From: Macrostomum lignano
Lineage: Eukaryota
Length of the DNA: 64,000 nt
NCBI GenBank assembly: GCA_002269645.1
Contig: NIVC01000572.1
Location: 323,669 to 387,668 of the forward strand
Reading direction: 5' to 3'
Of the stretch, positions 1 through 11,733 are shown in pieces. The translations under genes and the position numbers were made by a program. Position 1 is the first letter of the stretch. Every line of letters begins with the position of its first letter. Below the pieces are notes generated by a model, which had not been told where the DNA came from, ran no database searches, and saw only the letters and a program-made list of their open reading frames with translations.

Positions 1-588
1 CACTTTTTCCCGAAAAAATACACTACGGAGATAGGAAGTTTTCATTTTTTCAGCACAAAAATTGTTATTGCGTTTGATAGGAGGCAGATCCAGTGTTCAT
101 CTTTTGATATGTTGTGCCTTTTTTATTGCTCTATCGGTATTTATAAAGCTTTTCGTTCAGAAAATTAGCTAGGATTCTATGTTAATTTTTTATTCTACGT
201 ATATTTCCTGGATCTAAAAATCACAAAAATGCATGACACAGCTCCAATATTTGGTTTTATGAACCTATTTTATCATCTCTGTAACAAATATTTGCTACAC
301 AGTCGGGTAAGAATGATAAAATAGACTCATGAAACCAAAGAGCCGAGCTGTGGCATTCTAATGTATTTCAAGCACAAGACACGCGAAAATATACGTAGAA
401 TAAAAAATTAACATAGAATCCCAATTTTCTGAACGAAAAGCTTTATAAATACCGATAGAGCAATAAAAAAGGCACAACATATCAAAAGATGAACACTGGA
501 TCTGCCTCCTATCAAACGCAATAACAATTTTTGTGCTGAAAAAATGAAAACTTCCTATCTCCGTAGTGTATTTTTTCGGGAAAAAGTG
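1..588. mobile_element. Foldback/MITE-like element with ~205-bp inverted repeats (left arm cut by the window start)
   Basis: 1-206 (cactttttcccgaaaaaatacactacggag...ctacgtatattt) is the near-perfect reverse complement of 387-588 (aaatatacgtag...ctccgtagtgtattttttcgggaaaaagtg), with a ~180-bp spacer. Confidence 0.8.
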
Positions 589-1500
589 CCTTCAAAACTT
601 TTCTAAGAAACGAGGTTTCCCGTCCTTCTACTTAAGTCGTCCTTGTGTAAAACTCGCCGCACAGATCCCATTCTATCGAAATAATATTAATATAAATACA
701 CTGACATATACTGGCCAAACAGGCTTCTCGCCTGAGCCAAACTTACTACTACTACTACCAAGAATTCACCGGGGCGGGGCGCATGGTCGTTATTGCACTC
801 TTTTGTAGCCATGTTTCGCTAAACTAGACCTGTCTGAATTTTGTATTAATAATTTTAATCTTCATTTCTCAGAGAGAAGAGAAGAGCCTAAATATTGCTT
901 TATGATTTTTTTCAATGGTTTCCTTGGGGTTGGAATTATTTGGTCCTAATGCCAATGGTTCTAATTGGGCTTATTATTAAGTCTAAGACAGTAGGCCCTA
1001 TATACAATATTAAGCTTATTATATTATAATCTCACAATATTAGACCTATACCATATTACTGATATTAGCCGCCCTTCCCAAAAAAGCTTGACAGAACATA
1101 TTATTATGCCCCCAAAAACCTAAATTTGCACCCTCTAAACTTGATTTTTCGCCTCCAAATGCCTCTTTTGCACCCCTTAGCTTGATTTTTCACCTCCTAA
1201 ATGCATTTTTGCACCCCTTAGCTTAAAATTGGCATCCTATATACTTGTATACTTGTATTGGTGCTCCAAACTTGGACCGCTCTCCCCAAAATGAAACTAG
1301 ATCCACCATTGCGTTGATTTATACTGGCTATTCACCATTGTCTTACTTTTTACTAAACATGCAACTTACACCTATGACCTAGGCCTATTTGTGTCTATAA
1401 AAAAAACCGTAAAACAAAAAGCAATGTAATTGTAAGTAAATATTAAGAGTAACTAGGCCTATGATTATCTTATTAAGTCTACAAATGCTTTATCATTTAA

Positions 1501-2080
1501 GGCAGACTTGCTTATCCCACCAAAGGAATAATTTCTGTCTTATTCCAACAGTACCGTGGGAATAATTTTCTGCTTATCTGCATGGCACAATGACAAGATA
1601 GCTGCCCTATCTTCTACAAAAGCCATGGGAATAATTTTTTCCCATAATATTGTTGAAGCAATGCAATAATCTAGGCCTATACAAAGAAATTGCGAATTTA
1701 CATAAATAGTAGAATTCTACAGAAGCAGCGATGGACTTTAATCGGAATCGGGATTAGACTTGGCTAAAAATTCAAATTATAAACAATTACTAGAGCAATT
1801 TACCTTAAATCATATGTCATAGGCCTAAATATAAAAAGTGTTTTTTGCATAAAAAGGCCATTAAATCTTTACTTCTATAAAATAAATGGTCAAGCAAAGT
1901 TATGTTGTTATACTGCACTTAAACCATAAGTACTAAACTAAATTATTCCCACGGCTTGTGTAAAAGATAGGGCAACTATCTTGTCAGTGTGCCATGGGGA
2001 TAAGAAGAAAATTATTCCCATAATACTGGTATTGTATCCACGGTATTGTATTCCTACAGTACCGTGGGGATAAGCACTGC
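1501..2080. mobile_element. MITE-like non-autonomous element with imperfect terminal and subterminal inverted repeats
   Basis: Left end ggcagacttgcttatcccac vs right end gtgggataagcactgcc. An inner inverted pair gacaagatagctgccctatctt / aagatagggcaactatcttgtc. A related fragment (gtgggataagcact) lies near 27710. Confidence 0.6.
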
Positions 2081-2599
2081 CATCGTTTAAATAGTATTGT
2101 CTAAGCCTATATTTTTGGGTAGGAATTTTTGTGACTTACCTTGGTTGGGCCTCTTGCTAACTAGCTAGATCAGCCAGGTTGGCTTGATATTGCGTATGTA
2201 TATAGACTAAATAGATTTAACTTCAAATAGACCTATGTCCTATGCCTATAACTATAATATATTTTGTATGGCATATTTTTGGCTAATATAGTTGCTGCAA
2301 AAAGTCTAATAACATTGTGCAAAAAAATTGGAAATTATTTCATGCCTCTGTCACTTTACTAGCAAAATTGAAACTCTTATTGCAGTTTTTACTAATTGTT
2401 TACTCATGCTTCATACTTAGTGAAATTTTCTAAAACTTATTTTTCAGTGCATTGTAATAAATCCATCATGTGTAAAGTTGTGAATTTACTTGGAAAAAAG
2501 TCTAGCACCACTACAGTTTCTATTCTATCAATTAGAGGCTAGTAAACTAGAGCAAGTCAGTTAATATGAAATTTATTTTGTACTTATAGTAGCACCTAT

Positions 2600-3707
2600 C
2601 ATCAATATTAATACCTTTTTTGGATGGCCCTTCAACCATAGAACCTCTGTGCAGCACTTTGGCATGTATTCCATCTGCCAAGAGCAAAGTTAAGGGCTGA
2701 TGCTCTCTCACTGTTGCTGCACTGCTTGCCACAGAGTGTCTAGGGAGTATGGGTGGTACTTGGCAATGTGCACCTTTATGACTTGCCACAAATTTTCTAT
2801 CGGTAAAAGGTTGGGTGACTGTCTAGGTCAATGTAGCACATAAATTCACCTCTTCTGCAACAGCTGCTTTACAATTTGTACTATATGGCAAGAGGCATTG
2901 CCTTGCTAGAAGATAATATTAGCCAGTTAAATGCTGTTGCACATATGGCAGCATCACTTGTAATAGCAGCTCATGATAATGCATACTATTGATGGCATTG
3001 TCGAGGCCGACAATTGGTCCAATGCCAGCAGTGCTGATGCAGCCCCAAATAATTATGGAGCCTCCACCTCAGTTGCAGTTTGGTTCAGAGCAAAGGGCTG
3101 CAGGCGCTCTCTTGTGTGCTAGCAAAGTTGCTGATATCTGTCGCAGTACAGGTGGTTTACTTTGCTCTTGTCAGAGAAGAGCACGAGATGCCACTGCTCC
3201 TGTGTCCTGCAGGTGCTCATGGCCCATTGCTGATAAATGCAACAGTTGCGCTCAGACATAAGTGGCTTTTTCACTGCGTAGCAGCTGGCCAGCCCAGTCT
3301 CCAGCAGTCGGTTGCAGACTGTCTACACCAAGATTTGGGGCAAGGGAATCTCGTCGTTGCGCGGGGATGACCAGAACAAAGCTGGCTGTTGGTGCTGCCA
3401 GTCATTGGAGCGTCCTGCTGACGGTGGATGCTGAAATTCACAAATCTCGGGCAATTTCATAGTGTCCATAACTTTCATCATGCCGTTGGACCATGCTTGG
3501 GCGCAACCTTGGGATTCACTCGGCCGTTTCTATTGGCAACACACACGTGTATGTCGCTATTGGACAGAATAGTAGTCACGTGACTGCTCTCAGCCAATAG
3601 CGACTTACATGTGTGTGTTGCCAATAGAAACGGCCGGGTGATTCCCAAGGTTGCGCGCGTATGCGTTGGACGATAAGATCTTGTAGCTGCACACTTAGTT
3701 CTGCCAT
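2600..3707 (-). pseudogene. Tc1/mariner transposase pseudogene (stops and frameshifts), interrupted by a MITE
   Basis: After removing the MITE at 3492-3663 and one TSD copy, the minus strand reads MAELSVQLQDLIVQRHDESYGHYEIARDL*ISASTVSRTL (paired-type HTH). Later frame-shifted blocks read WHLVLFSDKSK, GGGSIIIWGCISTAGIG and PNLLPIENLWQVIK, which are Tc1 DDE motifs. Confidence 0.85.
3492..3663. mobile_element. 172-bp palindromic MITE, hAT-type (8-bp TSD)
   Basis: TSD CGTTGGAC at 3484-3491 and 3664-3671. Long inverted arms gcgcaaccttgggattcactcggccgtttctattggcaacacacac / gtgtgtgttgccaatagaaacggccgggtgattcccaaggttgcgc. Ends are CAT...ATG. Confidence 0.9.
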
Positions 3708-3789
3708 GACTTGTTCAAAGGCAAAATTTCAATGAAAATGCTGCAGGGCAAAACATGTTCAAAACATGGTGTCCCATTGATCAAGCTTG

Positions 3790-5539
3790 GATAACTGCGT
3801 GATAGTGCTTACTGGTGGTGGCTCCAATTACAAGTTCAGCGTTCAATAGCTGGTTAGCTCGATCTTTGACTAAGGTGGCTAGGTCACGTAGTGATATAGT
3901 GTTCTCGACATCAGGATGGACAAAACACAACAGCAAGTCGCTGCAAAGTTCATCTAGACTGGCTGACAGTAGGTGTATTTGTGTTGATTCCCGCTGGAAA
4001 AGCTTTTGAATTTTCTAACATCTAAGTAGTGTCTCTTCCAGAAACTGCAGGCGTGCTACTCTTGCATTCTTTAGCATTCTTGATTCAAGCATTCTTGATT
4101 GAAGTAAGCTTCAATTTGCCAGTCGAGGTTGCTGGATTACCAAAAAATGCTTTCAGTGCCTCCCACTGTTCCAGCACATGCTGAACAACAGTCAGCACCT
4201 GCAGCCAACGAGTGTCTACTTGCCTAAGGAAAACGTGCTGAGCCAGTTTCATTGCTTCTTGGATCTGTATGTAAAGGAGAAAAATACAGAGACATGAATT
4301 TCACAATTCTACAAATTTCTGGATAGAACAATCTTTGCAATGTTTAAGTGGAAAGGGTATAAGGTATTACCTTTTGGAAATCATTGTGGCGATCTATGTA
4401 ACAAAAAATCTGTAAACATTGTCGAGTAGAGCCTCAACCTCACAATCTTCATCGAAGGCACGGACAGCGTACTGGACGCTATTATGTACATAATGTAGAC
4501 TGCATCCGCCAACATCGACAAGATGGGGCATTTCGGCACGCAACTTCGTCACGAGACCACCATGCGATCCTAAAAATAGCAGGAAAGCAGCTACTTGTAA
4601 CCTATAGTCTGCAACTCTGAATGTGAAATACAAATAAATTATGAAGATAATAAACTGGTATGTCTACTTGCCTCGCATGGCATCGCAAGAGTCGGTCATT
4701 ACTGACAATATTCAAATTATTTAATGTAAATATAATATTCAAATGGCAAATTATTGTCCTTCAAAACTTTTCACCAAAGCCTTCATGCCTTCAGCAGTTG
4801 CTTCCATCAGCTTCTCTGTGCCAATGTGCAACAGAAGAGCCTTCTGTTGCTCAGGGCAGAACATACGGCCAAAAATGACTAGCCACGACCGATCCCTTCG
4901 AGTCCCTTCATCCAGCAGGATAGAAAATGGTGCTGCTCTAAGCTAAGCTTCTGCATCATTAAACATTTTGCATAGAGGCTCAAAGCCTCACAGATCAGGT
5001 CGCTCGTCTTCTTTCTAGCTCGTACAGCGCTAGCATAGTTTTCAGCAATTTTACTGTCTGGCAACTGGGAAGGCGACAGGGGACAGGGATAACCTCCGCC
5101 AGCTCATCTGTGAACTGGAACGAGACATCCTTCTTTGCAATCAATGAACAAAATCGGAGACAAGCGGCCCCATTTGTTTGTCAGCATCCGGGTCTCTAGC
5201 AGATTCTTCATTATAGAAAAAAGATGTAGTTATCTTTTGGCTCTGTTACCCAAAATTCGACTGCTTGAGATGGTTCGTTGCTGATTTGTGCTTGGCACTG
5301 ATTACATGCTGGGAAATAACCACTGACTTTTGGCAACAGTAACAAAAAGCTTCGTCTAGCTTCCTGCCTTGGTGGTCAATAGCTTGCCGACACCATTGGC
5401 TTATCTCCAAGCCATTGCGATCATTCTCTTTCAGCCAGGCTTCAGAAAACTTAGTTTTGCGCTGAGCCTGAGTTGATGACGATGAACTTGAAGGCAAAGA
5501 AAAGCTCATGAATTTGCTTTTGGCTGAAATTAGAGGCAT
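3790..5539 (-). pseudogene. Intron-containing hAT-superfamily transposase pseudogene
   Basis: N-terminal zinc-finger-like block (KTKFSEAWL...WCR...AFCYCCQK...HVISAKH), then MDEGT, DSCDAMRG...GSHGGLVTKLR, CSLHYVHNS (CxxH) and VDTRWLQ. GT-AG introns near 4630-4680 and 4265-4370; frameshifts and stops. Confidence 0.75.
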
Positions 5540-5699
5540 TTGAAAGCTTAAAGCATGCAGTCTGAACTAAATACATGTGCAAGTGCAAGTTAATCCTTTA
5601 CATGTACGTTGTTGTTTCAACTACCGATTTTTTAAAAGTCAATAATGAGCATTAAAGACAAGAAAAAAGGTTCATAGTTTCATTTTTGAGCGCAGAAAT

Positions 5700-5860
5700 G
5701 ACCTCGTAGTAGCGCAGTTGAGCAAAAAAGTGGTCAAACTGCACCCGAGTGAACTACAGCAATGCAGAGTTAAGTGTCTTGCTTAGGACACAAATTGTTC
5801 CACGAGGGCCGAGAATTGAACCCCCAACCATTCAGCTATGAGCCCGACGCTCTAACCCCT
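5700..5860 (-). mobile_element. tRNA-derived SINE fragment
   Basis: Minus strand ggggttagagcgtcgggctcatagctgaatggttgggggttcaattctcgg carries a B-box-like GGTTCAATTC. It is followed by a ttgtgtcctaagcaagacactt core like that of many metazoan SINEs. Confidence 0.55.
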
Positions 5861-6051
5861 CTTTCATGATTCTTTCAGTATACAACTCACTCCAATCACT
5901 AAACTAGGCAGAACAATCATTTAATCAGTAGTGCAGTTACTCCTTTCCCAATGATATATGTACGTACCAACTGTGTCAAAACAATATACTGAATCATAAT
6001 CATATACTTAAATTTCTATCCTATGCATGTTAAATTCCAACATTCAAAGAA

Positions 6052-7739
6052 ATGTCCAATCCAATTGTATATTTTGATATTGACATTGATGGCAAGCCAG
6101 CTGGCCGCATAACATTTAAGCTCTATGCTGATATTGTGCCGAAAACTGCTGAGAATTTCCGCGCTCTCTGTACTGGAGAGAAGGGGATTGGTGAGTCAAT
6201 GACCTACATTCCATATGAATGACCTATATGCCAAATAAATGATCCGTTTTTTCATATGAATGACCCATATGCCAGATGAATGACTTATATGACAGGTAAA
6301 TGACCCATATGACAGGTGAAAGACCCATATCTCAGGTGGATGACCCATATCTCAGGTGAATGAACCATATGATAGGTGAATGACCCATATGACAGGTGAA
6401 TGACACATATGTCAGGTGAATGACCCATATCTCAGGTGAATGACCCATATCTCAGGTAAACGACCCATATCTCAGGTGAATGAACGATATGATAGGTGAA
6501 TGACCCATGTGATAAGTGAATGATCCATATGACAGGTGAATGACCCGTATCTCGGGTGAATGACCCGTATCTCGGGTGAATGACCCATATGACAGGTGAA
6601 TGACCCATATCTCAGGTGAATGAACCATATGATAGGTGAATGACCCATATGACAGGTGAATGACACATATGTCAGGTGAATGACCCATATCTCAGGTGAA
6701 TGACCCATATCTCAGGTAAACGACCCATATCTCAGGTGAATGAACGATATGATAGGTGAATGACCCATGTGATAAGTGAATGATCCATATGACAGGTGAA
6801 TGACCCGTATCTCGGGTGAATGACCCGTATCTCGGGTGAATGACCCGTATCTCGGGTGAATGACCCGTATCTCGGGTGAATGACCCATATGACAGGTGAA
6901 TGACCCATATCTCAGATGAATGACCCATATGACAGTTGAATGACCCATATGACAGGTGAATGACCCATATCTCAAGTGAATGACCCATATGACCGGTGAA
7001 TGACCCATATGACAGGTGAATGACCCATATCTCAGATGAATGACCCATATGACAGTTGAATGACCCATATGACAGGTGAATGACCCATATGACAGGTGAA
7101 TGACCCATATGACAGGTGAATGACCCATATGACCGGTGAATGACCCATATGACAGGTGAATGACCCATAAGACAGGTGAATGACCCATATGACAGGTGAA
7201 TGACCCATATGACAGGTGAATGACCCATATGACAGGTGAATGACCCATATCTCAGGTGAATGACCCATATGACAGGTGAATGACCATTCGCAATTCTCAA
7301 ATGGCAGGCTGACAGCTGCTCACACTTAGCAGAAAATCAGTCGCATTGAATCCCTTCAGGTGAAATCAGCGGCATGCCGCTGCACTACAAAGGCAGCAGC
7401 TTCCACCGGGTGATCCCGCAGTTCATGTGCCAGGGCGGCGACTTCACCCGCGGCAACGGCACCGGCGGCGAGTCCATCTACGGTGAGAAATTCCCCGACG
7501 AGAAATTCGCGATTAATCACAGCAAGCCGTTCCTGCTGTCTATGGCCAATGCCGGGCCGAACACGAACGGCAGCCAGTTCTTCATCACTACTGTCAGTAC
7601 TAGATGGCTGGATGGCAAGCACGTGGTATTTGGCGAAGTTGTCAGCGGTGAAGACGTGGTTAAACGCATGGAAAGTCTGGGGTCAGAGTCCGGTCGAACA
7701 TCTGCTTCGATTGTTATTGCTGACTGTGGACAGTTGTGA
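6052..7739 (+). CDS. Cytosolic single-domain cyclophilin (peptidyl-prolyl cis-trans isomerase, divergent-loop type), 172 aa; exons 6052-6190, 7360-7739
   Basis: Exon 1 [46 protein letters not shown] ends at G|gtgagt (phase 1); acceptor ccttcag| at 7359. Joined CDS is 519 nt. Active-site motifs [45 protein letters not shown] near 7806. Confidence 0.95.
6200..7285. repeat. 20-bp intronic minisatellite (tgacccatatgacaggtgaa and variants) with a 260-bp (13-mer) duplication
   Basis: Direct reading. The variant pattern starting tgaaccatatgatagg at 6361 recurs at 6621. Confidence 0.95.
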
Positions 7740-7946
7740 CTGTTTTGTGCAGCTGTGTCTGTTACAATTTGTGAATTTGTATCGGTTGGGACTAGTAATA
7801 GTGAAAATAAATCGGAATTATTCAATGTTTTGCATTTCGCGTTTTTTTAAAAACCAGTGTCCCGTTTTTTGTTTATTTTTATCGTTAAACATTAAATGCA
7901 GAGATTCAGGAGTGTAGCTAGGGACCTTTTATATGGGGGCGTTAGC

Positions 7947-8395
7947 GAGGAGCGCCAGCACCAAGGGGCGCCAGCACCAAGGGGCACCAGCACCAAGGGG
8001 CGCCAGCACCAAGGGGCGCCAGCACCAAGGGGCGCCAGCACCAAGGGGCGCCAGCACCAAAGGGCGCCAGCAGCAAGGGGCGCCAGCACCAAAGGGCGCC
8101 AGCACCAAATGGGGCGCCAGCACCAAAGCGCGCCAGCACCAAATGGGGCACCAGCACCAGGGGGCGCCAGCACCAAGGGGCGCCAGCACCAAATGGGGCG
8201 CCAGCACCAAATGGGGTGCCAGCACCAAATGGGGCGCCAGCACCAAATGGGGTGCCAGCACCAAATGGGGCGCCAGCACCAAATGGGGCGCCAGCACCAA
8301 AGCGCGCCAGCACCAAATGGGGCGCCAGCACTAAATGGGGCGCCAGCACCAAAGCGCGCCAGCACCAAATGGGGCGCCAGCACCAGGGGGCGCTA
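7947..8395. repeat. GC-rich 17-18-bp minisatellite (gcgccagcaccaagggg / gcgccagcaccaaatggg) between the cyclophilins, preceded by a TIR-like end at 7907
   Basis: Direct reading. caggagtgtagctaggg at 7907 resembles CAGGGGCG-type MITE termini. Confidence 0.9.
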
Positions 8396-8543
8396 GCAGA
8401 TTTAGAGACAACTTTAGCAACCATTTCTGCCTATACTAGCATATCTGCCCAAGCAGAAAATATTTTAAGCATATATGATAAGATTTCTATAGTTTGTTGA
8501 AATGAATCAGAAATCGTTAAAAAGGTATTGTTAATTATTGCAG

Positions 8544-9979
8544 GCCCTACCGTTTCGTTTGCTAAGCACCGCGGCCAATAAGGCTGGGCGGCCGCAGGTG
8601 TTCTTTGATGTTGCCGCCGATGGCAAATCGCTTGGCCGGGTTATTTTTAGTCTCTATTACGACAAGGTGCCGAAAACGGCCGAGAATTTTAGGGCACTGT
8701 GCGCTGGCGACAAGGGTGTTGGTAAGTGCTCATGTATCATGGAATGGATTGGTTCTGGGTGGTGACTGAGGCATCTGGGTGGTGACTGAGGCATCTGGGT
8801 GGTGACTGAGGCATCTGGGTGGTGACTGAGGCATCTGGGTGGTGACTGAGGCATCAGGTTAGTGACTGAGGCATCAGGTTGGTGACTGAGGCATCAAGTT
8901 AGTGACTGAGGCATCTGGGTGGTGACTGAGGCATCTGGGTGGTGACTGATGTATCTGGGTGGTGACTGAGGCATCAAGTTAGTGACTGAGGCATCTGGGT
9001 GGTGACTGATGCATCTGGGTGGTGACTGAGGCATCAGGTGGGTGACTGAGGCATCAGGTTTGTGACTGAGGCATCAGGTTGTGACTGAGGCATCTGGGTG
9101 GTGACTGATGCATCAGGTTGGTGACTGAGGCATCAGGTTGGTGACTGAGGCATAAAGTTGGTGACTGAGGCATCTGGGTAGTGACTGATGCATCAGGTTG
9201 GTGACTGAGGCATCAGTTTGGTGACTGATGCATCAGGTTGGTGACTGAAGCATCAGGTTGGTGACTGAGGCATCAGGTTGGTGACTGAGGCATCAGGTTG
9301 TGACTGAGGCATCAGGTTGTGACTGAGGCATCAGGTTGTGACTGAGGCATCAGGTTGTGACTGAGGCATCAGGTTGGTGACTGATGCATCAGGTTGGTGA
9401 CTGAGGCATCAGGTTGGTGACTGATGCATCAGGTTGGTGACTGATGCATATGAGTTGTGACTGAGGCATCAGTTTGTGACTGAGGCATCAGGTTGTGACT
9501 GATGCATATGAGTTGTGACTGAGGCATCAGTTTGTGACTGATGCATATGAGTTGTGACAGAAGTTTCTATTCTAAAAGAAGTTTCTCTTCAACCTTCAAC
9601 AGGAAAGAGCGGCATGCCGCTGCACTACAAAGGCAGCAGCTTCCACCGGGTGATCCCGCAGTTCATGTGCCAGGGCGGCGACTTCACCCACGGCAACGGC
9701 ACCGGCGGCGAGTCCATCTACGGCGAGAAATTCCCCGACGAGAATTTCTCCGTCCGTCACAGCAAGCCGTTCCTGCTGTCTATGGCCAATGCCGGGCCGA
9801 ACACGAACGGCAGCCAGTTCTTCATCACTACAGAGAAGACTCCATGGCTGGACGGCAAGCACGTGGTGTTTGGCGAGGTTGCCACAGGCGAAGACGTGGT
9901 TAAGGCTATTGAGAAGCTCGGTTCTCAGTCTGGTCGACCGGTTAAGAAAGTCACGATTGAGGACTGCGGCGAAGTGTAA
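8544..9979 (+). CDS. Second cyclophilin with a short basic N-terminal extension (probable mitochondrial cyclophilin D-like); exons 8544-8721, 9603-9979; start codon not in these exons
   Basis: Acceptor ttattgcag| at 8543, then [59 protein letters not shown] ending at G|gtaagt (phase 1, same intron position as gene 1). Acceptor caacag| at 9602. 555 nt in frame to TAA. Full PPIase motifs. Confidence 0.9.
8755..9557. repeat. 19-20-bp intronic minisatellite (ggtgactgaggcatctgggt / ggtgactgaggcatcaggtt)
   Basis: Direct reading. Confidence 0.95.
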
Positions 9980-10339
9980 AACAATGCCAGTCATCATTTT
10001 GCTGTTGATTAAACACTGAATTTAGACAAAATATACATCTAAGACAGCAAGCTATCTGTTTTTGGAAATCATGTTTGTTAAAAAAATTAATCATGTTAAT
10101 TTAATTCTGCTTTAAAAAGTTTTGTCTTTAGTATTTAAGGATAAAAGTGGACAGAGTTATAATTTACAAGTTATAAGAGGGACAGTTTAACATTATTCGT
10201 TTATCACTACGTGGAGTCTGCAGAAAGGTTGTGATACTCTTGTCTATAGATTCTGAACACATGCCCGAAATTCAACAATTTTTGCGAAGTCATTGGGAAA
10301 CGGAAAATTTCAGTTTTATTCGACTAGAAAGGGATTGTC

Positions 10340-10904
10340 TGTCTGCGGCGCTAAAATAAGTGCCTGCGGCGCCAAAATGAGTGCCTGAGGCGGCAAAATG
10401 AGTGGCTGAGGCGGCAAAATGAGTGCCTGTCTGCGGCGCCAAAATAAGTGTCTGCGGCGCCAAAATGAGTGCCTGCGGCGCCAAAATGAGTGCCTGCGGT
10501 GCCAAAATAAGTGCCTGTCTGCGGCGCCAAAATAAGTGTCTGCGGCGCCAAAATGAGTGCCTGCGGCGCCAAAATGAGTGCCTGCGGCGCCAAAATGAGT
10601 GCCTGCGGCGCCAAAATGAGTGCCTGAGGCGCCAAAATGAGTGCCTGCGGCGCCAAAAAAGGTGCCTGCAGCGCCAAAATGAGTGCCTGTCTGCGGCGCC
10701 AAAATAAGTGCTTGCAGCGCCAAAATGAGTGCCTGCGGCGCCAAAATGAGTGCCTGCGGCGCCAAAATGAGTGCCTGCGGCGCCAAAATGAGTGTCTGCG
10801 GCGCCAAAATGAGTGCTATGTGCATGTAGGAATTTTAGAAATCATATACATGTAGGATTCTTAGCTTTATCCCCCCCACTATAAAATCTATGGCGACGCC
10901 CCTG
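10340..10904. repeat. ~21-bp minisatellite (ctgcggcgccaaaatgagtgc) ending in a MITE-type terminus (ggcgacgcccctg)
   Basis: Tandem units 10340-10815; terminus cccccccactataaaatctatggcgacgcccctg at 10871-10904. Confidence 0.85.
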
Positions 10905-11733
10905 GGTTGTATATCAGAGAGGATTTCTATAGCAGAAATTTGTACAAGACCTTGAAATGAAATTTTGCAGGTATGCAAGCTACGAGCGTGTATTATGTAA
11001 ATTATGCTACAATTGTACATGGAGTCTGTGTATGCAGAAGTGGTTGCGGGCTTGTATCTATTGGCCCACACGACTTCATATACACGGCTAAAACTCAGAC
11101 TGCATCGATGGGGAAAAGAGAGAAAAAGCAGAAGAAGGAGCAGGTTGATGAGGTGGGGAGATTGGTACAATGAGCAGGTATAGCTGACTGCGCGGAGCGT
11201 GCGTACATTCTATAGGGAAGAATATAGATTTGGGAGGAGGAGACGACTGGAGAGGGATTATATAAGCGAGAGAGCAGCCCAAAGGACAGACAGGGACACA
11301 ATTGGCTGGAAGGCAAACTAATTGTACTTGCAACGCTGTAAAGTTAGCTGTAAAAAGGCTGCGTTGCATTAATGACTCATGCAGCGCTTCTACGAAGGAA
11401 TCCACATCAACTAGCTAGCTGCTAGCGTATTAAATAACGAGCTAAAAGGCTACACCTTTCTGCCTGCAGTCTGATTCAATTGTTCACATTGGACGCACAT
11501 TAGGCTAGTCAGACTGAACAAGGCTGAACAAATGCATGTAGTACTCAGCAGAAGCAGAAGCGACTATATTATCTTTCCTGCAGCTCTATTTATTTGCACA
11601 GAGGAAATAATTATAAAACTCAGAGGCAGAGAGAGACGACTCACTAAATATACACCCGAATAAGATAGATAGAACCGCGTGGACTCAAACAAACAGACTC
11701 AAACAGACAGTAAGTCCTAGCGATAGCACAATT

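Noticed and set aside
6452-7300. ORFs with [12 protein letters not shown] repeats
   Set aside because: Translations of the intronic 20-bp minisatellite on the antisense strand.
7892-8500. Overlapping ORFs on both strands (GAPAP/LVLAP repeats)
   Set aside because: Products of a GC-rich minisatellite; only the first six codons at 7896 are kept as a possible alternative mini-exon.
7907-10904. Pack-type transposon capturing cyclophilin 2 (loosely inverted CAGG... ends)
   Set aside because: Flanks (cagagatt / ggttgtat) show no TSD and the ends are only loosely similar; more likely two independent MITE remnants.
10990-11410. Possible solo LTR (TATA-like motif, purine-rich)
   Set aside because: No convincing TG...CA boundary with a TSD.
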